Below, one piece after another: positions 1 through 8,822 of a DNA stretch of 40,976 nt. The stretch comes from Verrucomicrobiota bacterium (lineage in GTDB: Bacteria > Verrucomicrobiota > Verrucomicrobiia > Limisphaerales > SXQI01). The DNA is taken from NCBI GenBank assembly GCA_033762115.1, contig JANRLX010000066.1, positions 1 to 40,976 of the forward strand, in the 5' to 3' direction. The first letter of the stretch is position 1. Every line of letters begins with the position of its first letter. A program made the translations under genes and the position numbers. Below the pieces are notes generated by a model. It did no database searches and was not told the DNA's origin. It was given only the letters and a program-made list of their open reading frames with translations.

Positions 1-587
1 TTCTCGCTGGTGTCGCCCGCGCCAATGACCATGACATGATGATCATCCAGTTGCGTGAAAATTTTTTCCGCGAGCTCCACAGCCACTGATCCCACCGAAA
101 CACTGCCGCGCTGGATGTTCGTTTCGGTGCGAATCTGCTTGGCCACATTGAATGCGCGCTGGAATGCCTTGTTTAATTCCCTGCCTGTGAACCGATGGGC
201 CAGGGCAAGGTCATAAGCTTTCTTTAACTGGCCGAGGATTTCCGTCTCGCCGAGAACCATTGAATCGAGGCCGGAAGCCACCTGGAAGAGATGCTCAACG
301 CTGCGCGGTTCTGCCATCGTGACGAGTTCACCGTTGAGGGTTTCCCGGTAATTGTGGTATTCGAGCAAAAACTGCTCGAGGCTTTTCAGCATGTCAGAAG
401 CCGGTCTTTCTCCCGCCGCATAGATTTCCACCCGGTTGCACGTAGAGAGGATGACAGCTTCCTCGGCGATACCTTTGCCACGTATTTGTTCAAGGGCCGA
501 AGGAATGGCGTGTTCACTAAAAGCAAATCGTTCCCTGACCGTGACAGGAGAGTTATGATGATTTAGACCAAGAACAACGATGGGCAT
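1..587 (-). CDS. hemA: glutamyl-tRNA reductase, 5' part (runs off window start)
   Basis: Manual translation of the minus strand from ATG at 587 gives MPIVVLGLNHHNSPVTVRERFAF...EEAVILSTCNRVEI...GLDSMVLGETEILGQ, containing the HemA TCNR catalytic motif. Not in the ORF track because it is truncated. Confidence 0.95.
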   Translation of the reverse strand, partial: MPIVVLGLNHHNSPVTVRERFAFSEHAIPSALEQIRGKGIAEEAVILSTCNRVEIYAAGERPASDMLKSLEQFLLEYHNYRETLNGELVTMAEPRSVEHLFQVASGLDSMVLGETEILGQLKKAYDLALAHRFTGRELNKAFQRAFNVAKQIRTETNIQRGSVSVGSVAVELAEKIFTQLDDHHVMVIGAGDTSE

Positions 588-589
588 GA

Positions 590-1417
590 CTAGGGATTAT
601 GAACGGTGGAAAGAAGGTTAAACCCCCAGAAAGTCAACAGGACGAAGGAAAACCCGCCGACAGTACCCCAGGCGAACCTGCGTCCGCCCTGGGCAAACCA
701 GCGGCGCATCACCAGGAGTGTGAGATAAAGAGCCCAGACAAAAATGGACCAGATGATCTTTGGGTCACTTTTGAAATATACCCCATAAGCTTCTTTCATT
801 AACCGTGGCGCCATTAACAATCCGATAGTCAAAAGGACGAAGCCCACGATCAATAACCTGTTCATTGTCAGTTCCAACCGCTGAATTGGCGGCAGCAATG
901 AAAGGACGGCCCGGAGCTTGTCAAACTTCAAATTATGTTCCTGGGTCAAATACATCAACCCTGCAATTGAAGCGAGGCCGAACGCTCCATAGGAAAGGAG
1001 AATAAGTGTGGCATGCAGGCTGGTCCAGCCATTGACGAAGGCAGGTTGTGCGCTGTGAACATCAAGACCGGGCATTAACGCAAAGATCCCTGTGCCGAAG
1101 AGAACAGGAGAGGCAAATGCGCCAAGAAACCGCAAGCGTGACCATAGGCCGATCACGAGGTAGCTTGCCACGATGGTCCAGCCGATAAAGGCCATCGCCT
1201 CATAAAGGTTGTTGACCGGGCAGCGGGAAAAAGAGAAACCGCGACTGACCAGCGCCATGGTGTGGAACAAGGCGCTGCCAAGCAACAGGATGTAATTAAG
1301 GCGATTATCCTCCCGAAATCCTTTTCGCCACAAAAAGATGGAATACACCGAACTGATTCCATAAAGAATCACGGCGCATAGAAAATATTGGCGGTCTGTC
1401 AGCAGAGGCTCTGTCAA
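590..1417 (-). CDS. cytochrome c biogenesis CcsA / HemX-like membrane protein
   Basis: About 8 TM segments, His in 'LHATL', 'DPKIIWS...W.LY' WWD-like motif; directly upstream of hemA. TTG start is uncertain. Confidence 0.85.
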   Translation of the reverse strand: MTEPLLTDRQYFLCAVILYGISSVYSIFLWRKGFREDNRLNYILLLGSALFHTMALVSRGFSFSRCPVNNLYEAMAFIGWTIVASYLVIGLWSRLRFLGAFASPVLFGTGIFALMPGLDVHSAQPAFVNGWTSLHATLILLSYGAFGLASIAGLMYLTQEHNLKFDKLRAVLSLLPPIQRLELTMNRLLIVGFVLLTIGLLMAPRLMKEAYGVYFKSDPKIIWSIFVWALYLTLLVMRRWFAQGGRRFAWGTVGGFSFVLLTFWGFNLLSTVHNP

Positions 1418-1569
1418 ACAGCATCAGGTTAACTCCAAAGCGGGGAGTCGCAAGGGCAAGTTGCTCCAGTAACGGGGGAATGGAATGGTGGTCCATGTGA
1501 GTTGCCCCGCCAAACTCCTTGCAAGGCGATCAGCTCCCATCTAGAGATGACAACGTTCAATCGATTCAA

Positions 1570-2610
1570 ATGATTACAGAAGCGCAAGTGAGGGAGACGT
1601 TAAAGGGGGTCAAATATCCTGGATATTCCCGGGACATTCTCTCTTTCGGGTTGGTCAAGCAGGTGCTGGTGAACGGGGGAGCCATTTCCGTTTCCATTCA
1701 ACTGACCGCTCCCCAACCGGAAGTGGCCGGCCAGATTAAACGGGAGTGTGAGGAGGCGCTTAAATCCCTTTCGGGAGGAGGTCCGGTGATTGTGGAAGTG
1801 CAGCTTCCTTCAGGTCCCGCTGCCGCTGCTCCGAATCCATGGTCACATCAGAAGAAAGTTGCGGGGTTGAATCGAATTGTGGCGATTGCCAGCGGCAAGG
1901 GAGGAGTGGGTAAATCAACTGCCTCTGTCAATTTAGCGTGTGCATTGCATCTGCTTGGGGCTCGGGTGGGGTTGCTGGATTGCGATATTTACGGGCCGAG
2001 CATTCCGCTGATGATGGGGGTAAATCGAAAACCGACGCTTGATTCTGAAGAGAAACTGGTTCCGCTGGAGCAGCATGGGGTCAAATTGATGAGCATGGGT
2101 TTTTTGATTGAAGGAGACGCGCCGGTGATTTGGCGAGGTCCGATGATTGTTAAAACGATCCAGCAATTTTTTCAGGACGTCGCCTGGGGTGACCTGGATT
2201 ATCTTCTGGTTGATTTACCGCCGGGAACCGGAGATGCACAGTTAACCTTATGCCAGACGGTTCCGCTTGATGGTGGAGTGATTGTAACGACTCCGCAGGA
2301 AGCCTCCCTTGGTGTGGTGCGAAAGGGAATTGGAATGTTCAACAAGGTCAATGTGCCAATTTTGGGGATTGTGGAAAACATGAGCTATTACACAACTCCC
2401 GGCGGCGAGAGGATTGAAATATTCGGGCATGGGGGAGGTTCCTCCGAAGCTGCGCGACAGGGAGTGCCATTCCTGGGTGAAGTGCCGTTGATGGTTGAAA
2501 TTCGGGAAGGCGGGGACAGGGGTGTTCCGGTGACGGTGACTGCGCCGAAATCTCCTGCCGGGGCTGCTTTTGTAACAATAGCGCAAAGCTTGCGAAACAA
2601 GCTTGGTTAA
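1570..2610 (+). CDS. mrp: Mrp/NBP35 (ApbC) family P-loop ATPase with N-terminal DUF59-like domain
   Basis: SGKGGVGKST deviant Walker A, DCDIYGPS, WRGPM, DLPPGTGD, ENMS motifs; likely start ATG 1570. Confidence 0.93.
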   Translation: MITEAQVRETLKGVKYPGYSRDILSFGLVKQVLVNGGAISVSIQLTAPQPEVAGQIKRECEEALKSLSGGGPVIVEVQLPSGPAAAAPNPWSHQKKVAGLNRIVAIASGKGGVGKSTASVNLACALHLLGARVGLLDCDIYGPSIPLMMGVNRKPTLDSEEKLVPLEQHGVKLMSMGFLIEGDAPVIWRGPMIVKTIQQFFQDVAWGDLDYLLVDLPPGTGDAQLTLCQTVPLDGGVIVTTPQEASLGVVRKGIGMFNKVNVPILGIVENMSYYTTPGGERIEIFGHGGGSSEAARQGVPFLGEVPLMVEIREGGDRGVPVTVTAPKSPAGAAFVTIAQSLRNKLG

Positions 2611-2635
2611 GCTAGGCTGCGGCATTATGAATGGT

Positions 2636-2992
2636 ATGGGGACGAACTCCTCTGCCGACGCGTCAACACCCGCGCCGACAAATTCTTCCGTTTCCGAGCA
2701 GGAGGTCTGGGACCGGCTGCGGCATTGTTACGATCCTGAAATTCCCCTGAACATCGTGGATTTGGGGCTTGTTTATGATGTGATCGTCAATGGCAGCCGT
2801 GTGGATGTGAAGATGACTTTAACGGCCCCGGGATGTCACATGGGAGGGCAGATCGCGGGCGATGCTCAATCTAAAATCCTTGACTTGGAACATGTTGAAG
2901 AAGCCAACGTGGAACTGATCTGGGATCCGCCATGGCATCAGAGCATGATTTCCGCAGAGGGCAGGCGGAAACTGGGATTGGACCCATCTTAG
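2636..2992 (+). CDS. DUF59 / SufT-PaaD-like metal-sulfur cluster assembly factor
   Basis: DPEIPLNIVDLGLVY, TLTAPGC and WDPPW motifs; start could be 2627 or 2636. Confidence 0.9.
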   Translation: MGTNSSADASTPAPTNSSVSEQEVWDRLRHCYDPEIPLNIVDLGLVYDVIVNGSRVDVKMTLTAPGCHMGGQIAGDAQSKILDLEHVEEANVELIWDPPWHQSMISAEGRRKLGLDPS

Positions 2993-3031
2993 TATGCGGA
3001 AAAGAAAATTCTTTCCTTTGCCTGGTTCGCT

Positions 3032-3049
3032 TTGTTACATTTCTGTCAC
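3032..3049 (+). promoter_or_regulatory. Pho-box-like (PhoB/OmpR-type) direct repeat
   Basis: TTGTTAC(3032)-ATTT-CTGTCAC(3043), 11-nt period, 9 nt upstream of a -10-like TACGCT (3059-3064). Confidence 0.4.
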
Positions 3050-3067
3050 CCTTTCCGATACGCTGAT

Positions 3068-3289
3068 ATGACAACCGACGTGAACAAGGCGACTGAGTTT
3101 GTGAAGAAATCGTCCCTTTACCGTGAGTTCCAGGCGGAACGTGAAGAAATCCTGAAGCATAAATGGATCGAATCTGAAAAAGCAGGTCGAGACATTGGTT
3201 TTGAGCAGGCATTGACAGATTGGATTTTAAAGCACCGAAGCAAATGGCGGAAGTCGCGGCAGGGTGGCAGCCAGAACCCTTCGGAATAG
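3068..3289 (+). CDS. small DUF4032-like protein
   Basis: EILKHKWIESEKAGRDIGFEQALTDW matches the DUF4032-type HKW..SE..G.D.G motif; likely start ATG 3068. Confidence 0.75.
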   Translation: MTTDVNKATEFVKKSSLYREFQAEREEILKHKWIESEKAGRDIGFEQALTDWILKHRSKWRKSRQGGSQNPSE

Positions 3290-3309
3290 TTAATTGCGGT
3301 TAAGATTTG

Positions 3310-3343
3310 TCCTTTAAGGCCAATCCTGTGAGGTTGGGAAGGA
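3310..3343 (+). promoter_or_regulatory. PyrR-binding RNA loop (anti-antiterminator)
   Basis: CUUUAA (3312-3317) and AAUCCUGUGAGGUU (3322-3335) match the ARUCCNGNGAGGYU consensus; TCCTT/AAGGA basal stem; lies in the pyrR leader. Confidence 0.9.
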
Positions 3344-3370
3344 AAGCATGGAAATCGCCGAACATTTTAT

Positions 3371-3405
3371 AAGCCGGTCCCTCGTTGGACTGGCTTTTTT
3401 ATTTT
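3371..3405 (+). terminator. attenuator terminator of the pyrR leader
   Basis: AGCCGGTCC-ctcgtt-GGACTGGCT hairpin followed by TTTTTATTTT just before the pyrR ATG. Confidence 0.85.
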
Positions 3406-3408
3406 CCA

Positions 3409-3942
3409 ATGGCTGAGCCAAGAACTTTATTTACAAGCGCGCTGGTGGAGCGAACGCTGGTGAGGATCGCTCATGAAATTTCTGAGCGGAACGAAAACAG
3501 CAGGGAGGTGGTGTTGGTGGGGATTCATCGTGGTGGGGTGCATTTGGCCAACCGGTTGAAAGTCACTTTGGAAAGTATATGGCAGCATCGGGTTCCGACC
3601 GGTGAGCTGGATGTGACGATGCACCGGGATGACCTGGACAAGCATCCTGCGCCTGAAATGCGTGTGACATCCATTCCTTTTGATATCACGGGCAAAGTGG
3701 TGGTGCTGGTGGATGACGTGCTGTTTAGTGGAAGAACCACTCGGGCGGCCCTTGATGCGTTAAACGATTTCGGTCGCCCGGAAGTGGTGCAATTGGCTGT
3801 CCTGATTGATCGAGGGCACCGGCAGTTGCCGATCAGGGCGGACTTTATTGGCAAAAATGTTCCCACTTCTCTTCAAGAACGGATCCAGGTTTCGCTGCGG
3901 GAGGATGGTTTGGAGGATTCGGTAACCATTGAAAAATTGTGA
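3409..3942 (+). CDS. pyrR: bifunctional pyr operon attenuation regulator / uracil phosphoribosyltransferase
   Basis: [22 protein letters not shown] motif, [12 protein letters not shown]; start ATG 3409. Confidence 0.96.
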   Translation: MAEPRTLFTSALVERTLVRIAHEISERNENSREVVLVGIHRGGVHLANRLKVTLESIWQHRVPTGELDVTMHRDDLDKHPAPEMRVTSIPFDITGKVVVLVDDVLFSGRTTRAALDALNDFGRPEVVQLAVLIDRGHRQLPIRADFIGKNVPTSLQERIQVSLREDGLEDSVTIEKL

Positions 3943-4880
3943 GTTGGACACGCAAACATTTGTTGGACATCCAGTCGCTGAGCGCCGAGGAAATCAGGAC
4001 TGTGCTGGACACCGCCAGGGCATTTAAAGCGGTGGGGGAACGCGCGATTAAGAAAGTTCCCGCGTTGCGAGGGAAGACGGTAGTCAACCTGTTTGTGGAA
4101 CCTTCCACACGGACGCGCATCAGTTTTGAGCTGGCTGCGCAACGGTTGACTGCGGATGTGATCAATTTCACTGCGGAAGCATCCTCGCTTAAGAAGGGGG
4201 AAACGCTCAAGGACACTGCCCGGAACCTTGAGGCGTTGAATGCGGATATCATTATCATGAGGCATAGCGCGACCGGAGCGCCGCATTTTCTTTCCCGCTT
4301 CCTGAACGCGAGTGTGGTGAATGCGGGAGATGGTGCACATGAGCATCCCACCCAGGCATTACTGGATGTGTTCACCATTCTGGAAAAGAAAGGGAAGCTG
4401 GAGGATTTGAAGGTCACGATTTTGGGGGACATTCTCTACAGCCGTGTGGCTCGGTCCAACATCTGGGCATTGCTCAAACTGGGGGCGAAAGTCACGTTAT
4501 GCGGGCCTTCGACGCTCGTGCCAAAAGTGTTCGAGCAAATGGGTTGTCGAGTGACCTATGATATTCGGGAGGCAATCGAGCAGGCGGATGTGATCAATCT
4601 TCTCCGCATCCAGCATGAACGGCAACGTGCCTCGATGTTCCCAAGTATCGGCGAGTACAGTTCATTATTCAGCCTGAATAAAACGAGGCTTGCCTGGATG
4701 AAGCCGGACGCGCTGATCATGCATCCGGGGCCGATCAATCGTGGCGTGGAAATCGACAGCGAGATTGCCGATTCGAACCGCTCGGTGATTCTTCAGCAGG
4801 TGACCAATGGGCTGGCGGTGCGGATGGCTGTGCTCTTTCTCATCAACGGCGGCAAAGGCCCGCAGGAGATTGCCGCTTAA
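3939..4880 (+). CDS. pyrB: aspartate carbamoyltransferase catalytic subunit
   Basis: [31 protein letters not shown] motifs; 4-nt overlap with pyrR. Confidence 0.97.
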   Translation: MSWTRKHLLDIQSLSAEEIRTVLDTARAFKAVGERAIKKVPALRGKTVVNLFVEPSTRTRISFELAAQRLTADVINFTAEASSLKKGETLKDTARNLEALNADIIIMRHSATGAPHFLSRFLNASVVNAGDGAHEHPTQALLDVFTILEKKGKLEDLKVTILGDILYSRVARSNIWALLKLGAKVTLCGPSTLVPKVFEQMGCRVTYDIREAIEQADVINLLRIQHERQRASMFPSIGEYSSLFSLNKTRLAWMKPDALIMHPGPINRGVEIDSEIADSNRSVILQQVTNGLAVRMAVLFLINGGKGPQEIAA

Positions 4881-4885
4881 GGTGC

Positions 4886-6484
4886 TTACAGTTCAGCCCA
4901 GGAGGCAACCCGGAAACGTGTTGGTCCGCCCTGGCGTCCCAGTTTTTCGTCATAATGGAAATTGAAATGCCCGTTCATTGCGACTGTCGAGGTAACTGTT
5001 GCTCCGACACAATCATAAACATTGTTGCCGCCGCCATGCAGGTGAAGGTGAGCATTCGGGGCGTAAATTGTCCCGGTGAAGGCTGCATTGCCACCAATGG
5101 AAATTGAGGTATTGGAAGGGAGTCCGAAGTAAGAAAATTTTGTGGCATCGGCATTCAGGTTCATCACACCGTTCCCTGCGAGATTGGCCGAGCCTGCGAC
5201 ATAGATTTTCAAACTCGCGCCTGGCAGGATGATGATTTGGGACTGTCCGGTCATGGAGACATTTCCAGTGACGTAAAGAACGGCCTCACCTCGAATCAAC
5301 ATCTTGCTTTGCCCGCTCAGGGAAAGCGAGGTGGTTTCGTAATTGGCGCTGTCCAGTACGTAATCGTAGGTTTCGGTTGTCGTCGTCGAGTTGGTGGTGA
5401 CTGTATTATAGGTGTAAGTGGTGGTGGTGTAGGTATAGCCGGTGATTTTTTGATAATCATACCAGGTGCCACGTCCGCTGCGGGGACCCGAAGTGACAAT
5501 GCGCGTGACAACATTTCCGACGTAGGACCCGGCCGTGGGATAAGATTGGGAGCTAAAAGCGGAAGTATTGGTGGTGACCGGTCCTGCAAATCCGATGGGA
5601 TAGCTGGTGGTGGTAATTGGGGCGACATTGGTGGTGACACCACTTGCTGGTTCCGGAGAAGGATAAGTGGCGCTCGTCGTTGCGGTGGTGGCGTAGGTAA
5701 AATTTGTGGTCGTGACGGTCACGTTTTGCGGAGGGGAATAGGCTCCGCCCGACCAGGGTGCGGGCACATCGGGAAAAGACATGCTCAGGTCATTTTGATA
5801 ATGCCCGGACTGGATGCCGGAATTCGAACTCAGCCAGGAGAGTGTGCCGACGTTGCCAGAGGCTGAGCCTGTGGGGCCTGTGCCCACAGTCCCGTAAATT
5901 TTTCCTCCACCTGTAACGACATTTGCATGAACAGAGCCGACAAAGGTTCCATCTTTACGTTTCGCACTGTCATAGCGGCCATTGGTGCTGTGATTTGGGT
6001 CTTCGGAATCAAAACTGTCAGCCTCACAATTCCCGTTCATGGTGATGTTGCCCTTGGCCACCATCCCGCGCATTCCAGCGCTGAAGCGGGTTGTTTGAAC
6101 ATGAACCACACGGGAGATTTCCCGGTTTTCCGTCGCCACTTTGACAAACCCGGTGGAGGTGATGCTGGGCTGGTTGGAACTGGAAATTGCCACGGCGTAG
6201 CGGATATCTCCGATAGTCCTGGAAAGGACAAATTGGCCGTTATCGGCGGTCCAGCCATTCTGCGCACGATTATCATCTCCGACAATATTGAGATGGGTGA
6301 GGGCTTCTTCGATTCCCGCTTCGGCAGCAGGAATGGCCGAGTTCCAAACCTGGGAACTCATGACGGAACGGTTTTGGGCCTGGACCAGTTTAAGATAGCT
6401 CGCCAGTCCAATTCCAAGGGTTCCGGCCGTCACGAGCGTCAGCATCAGCACGCTCCCGTGTTCTTTGGAAATTCTAATTTTCAT
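4886..6484 (-). CDS. PilX/GspK-like minor pilin with large C-terminal beta-rich domain and Thr-rich insertion (copy 2)
   Basis: KEHG|SVLMLTLV prepilin-like N-terminus lacking E5, AEAGIEEAL PilX-N motif, GTIYAP...FHYDE...SW.E C-terminus; likely start ATG 6484. Confidence 0.75.
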   Translation of the reverse strand: MKIRISKEHGSVLMLTLVTAGTLGIGLASYLKLVQAQNRSVMSSQVWNSAIPAAEAGIEEALTHLNIVGDDNRAQNGWTADNGQFVLSRTIGDIRYAVAISSSNQPSITSTGFVKVATENREISRVVHVQTTRFSAGMRGMVAKGNITMNGNCEADSFDSEDPNHSTNGRYDSAKRKDGTFVGSVHANVVTGGGKIYGTVGTGPTGSASGNVGTLSWLSSNSGIQSGHYQNDLSMSFPDVPAPWSGGAYSPPQNVTVTTTNFTYATTATTSATYPSPEPASGVTTNVAPITTTSYPIGFAGPVTTNTSAFSSQSYPTAGSYVGNVVTRIVTSGPRSGRGTWYDYQKITGYTYTTTTYTYNTVTTNSTTTTETYDYVLDSANYETTSLSLSGQSKMLIRGEAVLYVTGNVSMTGQSQIIILPGASLKIYVAGSANLAGNGVMNLNADATKFSYFGLPSNTSISIGGNAAFTGTIYAPNAHLHLHGGGNNVYDCVGATVTSTVAMNGHFNFHYDEKLGRQGGPTRFRVASWAEL

Positions 6485-6488
6485 GGTG

Positions 6489-7043
6489 TTATTGTTTGCG
6501 GATGACAATTTTTGCGGATTGCACGCTTTCAGTGTTTACAAGACTGCCGACAAGCGTGCGGGAACAAATCCAGGTGACCTGCACCATTTTCCCGGCGCTT
6601 TCGATGAGCGTGGCAGGGTACTGGTCATATGTGCCGTTGACAGGGTTTCGCTGAAACAATTCAAATGTCAACGAATCACAGCCTTCAAGCAGCGTGGTGG
6701 TGCCGTTGGTATATGTTTGAGTCAAGATCCTGGTATTGGGATTGTAGGTGTAAGTCAGGTTATTGGCGTGATAACTGACCACCAGTTCATTGGTCGAACA
6801 GCTGATGACTCCGTCCGATTCGCGGATCATCTGACTCATCCGGTCCAGTGCAAAACGACTGTCCTTGTCGAGATCAACGTAGTTGGAAATGGCGCCAAAA
6901 CTCCGGACGGTGTAAACCGTCAGCATGGCAATTGCAGCAAGCACAATCCCCCCGATGCTGACGCCGATCATGAATTCAACCAGGGTCGTGGCTGACTGAC
7001 GGCGAAGCGAGCGGGCCTTAGTAGATGTAATTTTGCATTCCAT
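6489..7043 (-). CDS. PilW/GspJ-like prepilin (copy 2)
   Basis: RRQSA|TTLVEFMI class III signal plus hydrophobic helix; paralogous to 8823-9371 (shared FQRNP.NGTY.QYP and TESVQSA.IVIRKQ). Confidence 0.8.
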   Translation of the reverse strand: MECKITSTKARSLRRQSATTLVEFMIGVSIGGIVLAAIAMLTVYTVRSFGAISNYVDLDKDSRFALDRMSQMIRESDGVISCSTNELVVSYHANNLTYTYNPNTRILTQTYTNGTTTLLEGCDSLTFELFQRNPVNGTYDQYPATLIESAGKMVQVTWICSRTLVGSLVNTESVQSAKIVIRKQ

Positions 7044-7494
7044 GTTCGGAAACGAGTGTTTGCATTGAACGGGTCCTGGCTGTTCCGGAGTTGGTCCAGA
7101 GCACAGTGACCGTTACTAAACGCATGTTGTTGGAATAAGCAGATGCGACAGGGGCATTTTCGATTGTGACATTGCCATAATAAACAAAACTTGAGTTGGT
7201 GTTATTGGTTTCACCGGCGACGGGAGGATGAAATGGGGCAGTAAAGGTTGGAGGAATGAAACCGTTTGAATTAATTTGCTCCCAGGTATAAAGCCGAATG
7301 GTTTCCATTTTTTCGAGGGCAATCTGATTGGCGCGGAGATTTTCGCGTGCGAGGTTGACCACGCCAAAACCTGAAGCAATGCCAACGTAAAAAGAGACGA
7401 AAAGGATGCCAATAATCGCCACGGAAACCAGCATTTCCATCAACGTAAAGGCATAGCTTGATATTTTATTGGCCCTTTTTTTCGTTAGGTGCAT
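7018..7494 (-). CDS. PilV/GspI-like prepilin (copy 2)
   Basis: YA|FTLMEMLV class III signal; paralogous to 9346-9813 (ARENLRA.QI..EKMETIRLYTWEQ). Confidence 0.8.
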   Translation of the reverse strand: MHLTKKRANKISSYAFTLMEMLVSVAIIGILFVSFYVGIASGFGVVNLARENLRANQIALEKMETIRLYTWEQINSNGFIPPTFTAPFHPPVAGETNNTNSSFVYYGNVTIENAPVASAYSNNMRLVTVTVLWTNSGTARTRSMQTLVSEHGMQNYIY

Positions 7495-7512
7495 ACTTGA
7501 TGGTGATTTTTC

Positions 7513-8811
7513 CTAGATTTCGTTCCAGGAAGTAACAGTGTACCCGCGACGAGGACCAATCTTACCAAGAGCCTCGTCATAATGGAAGTGAAAATGTCCA
7601 TTCATTTGAACGGTGCTCGTCACACTTGCTCCAACAAAGTCATAATTGTTGTTGCCGCCACCGCCCAAGGTAAAGGCTGCGGAAGGAGCGTAGATTGTCC
7701 CGGTAAAGGCGGCGTTGCCTGCAAAGGAGAGTGAAGTGTTCGAAGGCAAACCGAAGTAAGAGAAATTCAAAGCGCTTCCATTATTGATGATGCCATTTCC
7801 TCCGAGCGAAGCCGTTGGCCCGGCGACATACATCCTCAGAGTTGCGCCAGGAGCGAGGATGATCTGGGATTGACCTGACATGCTGGCGTTGCCGGTGATG
7901 TAGAGAACCGAATTCCCGGTTACGAGCATTTTTTGCTGGCCAGACATACTGAGGCTGCTCATTTGATAATTACCGCCCGCAAGAATGTGCTGGAAATTGG
8001 TCCCCCCGACATTACCTGAGGCAGGAGTGAAACCGCCGCCGGTAAAGGGCACTTTGACATCCGGAAATGCCACGTTCATGTCATCGGTAGTCCATCCTGG
8101 TTGAATTCCATTATGACCGCCGTCAACCCATGCCTTGCTTCCAACAGAACCATTTGAGCCTACCGAAACACTTCCACCGGGACCGGTGGAAGCTTTTCCT
8201 TTAATGTTTGCGTTTCCTACGTTCAATGAATTGATCAGCCCGGAATTGGTGGCCACGTCACCGTTGTCCTTTGATTTGGATGCGACGTATTTGCCATTTG
8301 TGGAGTAATTTGTGTCAGTCGAATCGAAACTGTCCGTTTCAATATTGTTACCGTTGAGATCAATCACCCCTTTTGCCACCATGCCCTTGGCGAAGAGAGC
8401 ATCGTTTGTGGTGGTAACGCGGACGGTGCGCGGTGGCTCGATAAACGCATTGTTTTTTGGATCAAGAATATAAGCCTGCGCCAGAATGGTGGGTGGATTG
8501 GTGACGCTCATGCGGACCTGCACCTTGCTGGTGCCGATCATGCGCTCCTTGTAAAAAGAGCCATTGGTCAGGGTCCATCCATATTGCGCTAGGTTGGTGT
8601 CTGCCCATGCGAGATGGGTCAATGCTTCTTCCACGCCGGCTTCAGCGACGGGAAGTCCGGTGTTCCAGTAAAGAGAGCGCATGTTGCTTTGGTTCTGGTA
8701 TTTCACCATTCCAAGATAACTGGCGAGGGTGGTGCCGATCACGACAGCTGTGACAAGAGTGACCAGGAGTGCGCTACCGCGTTTCGAATGGAATTTGGAT
8801 GTGATTTGCAT
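7513..8811 (-). CDS. PilX/GspK-like minor pilin with large C-terminal beta-rich domain (copy 1)
   Basis: KRG|SALLVTLV, AEAGVEEAL, DSFDS, GTIYAP, FHYDE motifs shared with 4886-6484; likely start ATG 8811. Confidence 0.75.
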   Translation of the reverse strand: MQITSKFHSKRGSALLVTLVTAVVIGTTLASYLGMVKYQNQSNMRSLYWNTGLPVAEAGVEEALTHLAWADTNLAQYGWTLTNGSFYKERMIGTSKVQVRMSVTNPPTILAQAYILDPKNNAFIEPPRTVRVTTTNDALFAKGMVAKGVIDLNGNNIETDSFDSTDTNYSTNGKYVASKSKDNGDVATNSGLINSLNVGNANIKGKASTGPGGSVSVGSNGSVGSKAWVDGGHNGIQPGWTTDDMNVAFPDVKVPFTGGGFTPASGNVGGTNFQHILAGGNYQMSSLSMSGQQKMLVTGNSVLYITGNASMSGQSQIILAPGATLRMYVAGPTASLGGNGIINNGSALNFSYFGLPSNTSLSFAGNAAFTGTIYAPSAAFTLGGGGNNNYDFVGASVTSTVQMNGHFHFHYDEALGKIGPRRGYTVTSWNEI

Positions 8812-8822
8812 AAGGTTCAGTG

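Noticed and set aside
291..566. 91-aa plus-strand ORF
   Set aside because: Antisense shadow of hemA, which has clear motifs on the minus strand.
1547..1573. 8-codon uORF (MTTFNRFK) overlapping the mrp start
   Set aside because: Its ATG falls within the likely -10 region, it has no informative codons, and no attenuator structure is present.
5237..6995. Long plus-strand ORFs (209, 192, 176 aa) opposite the pilin genes
   Set aside because: Antisense frames produced by codon bias in the Thr/Asn-rich genes; no recognisable motifs.
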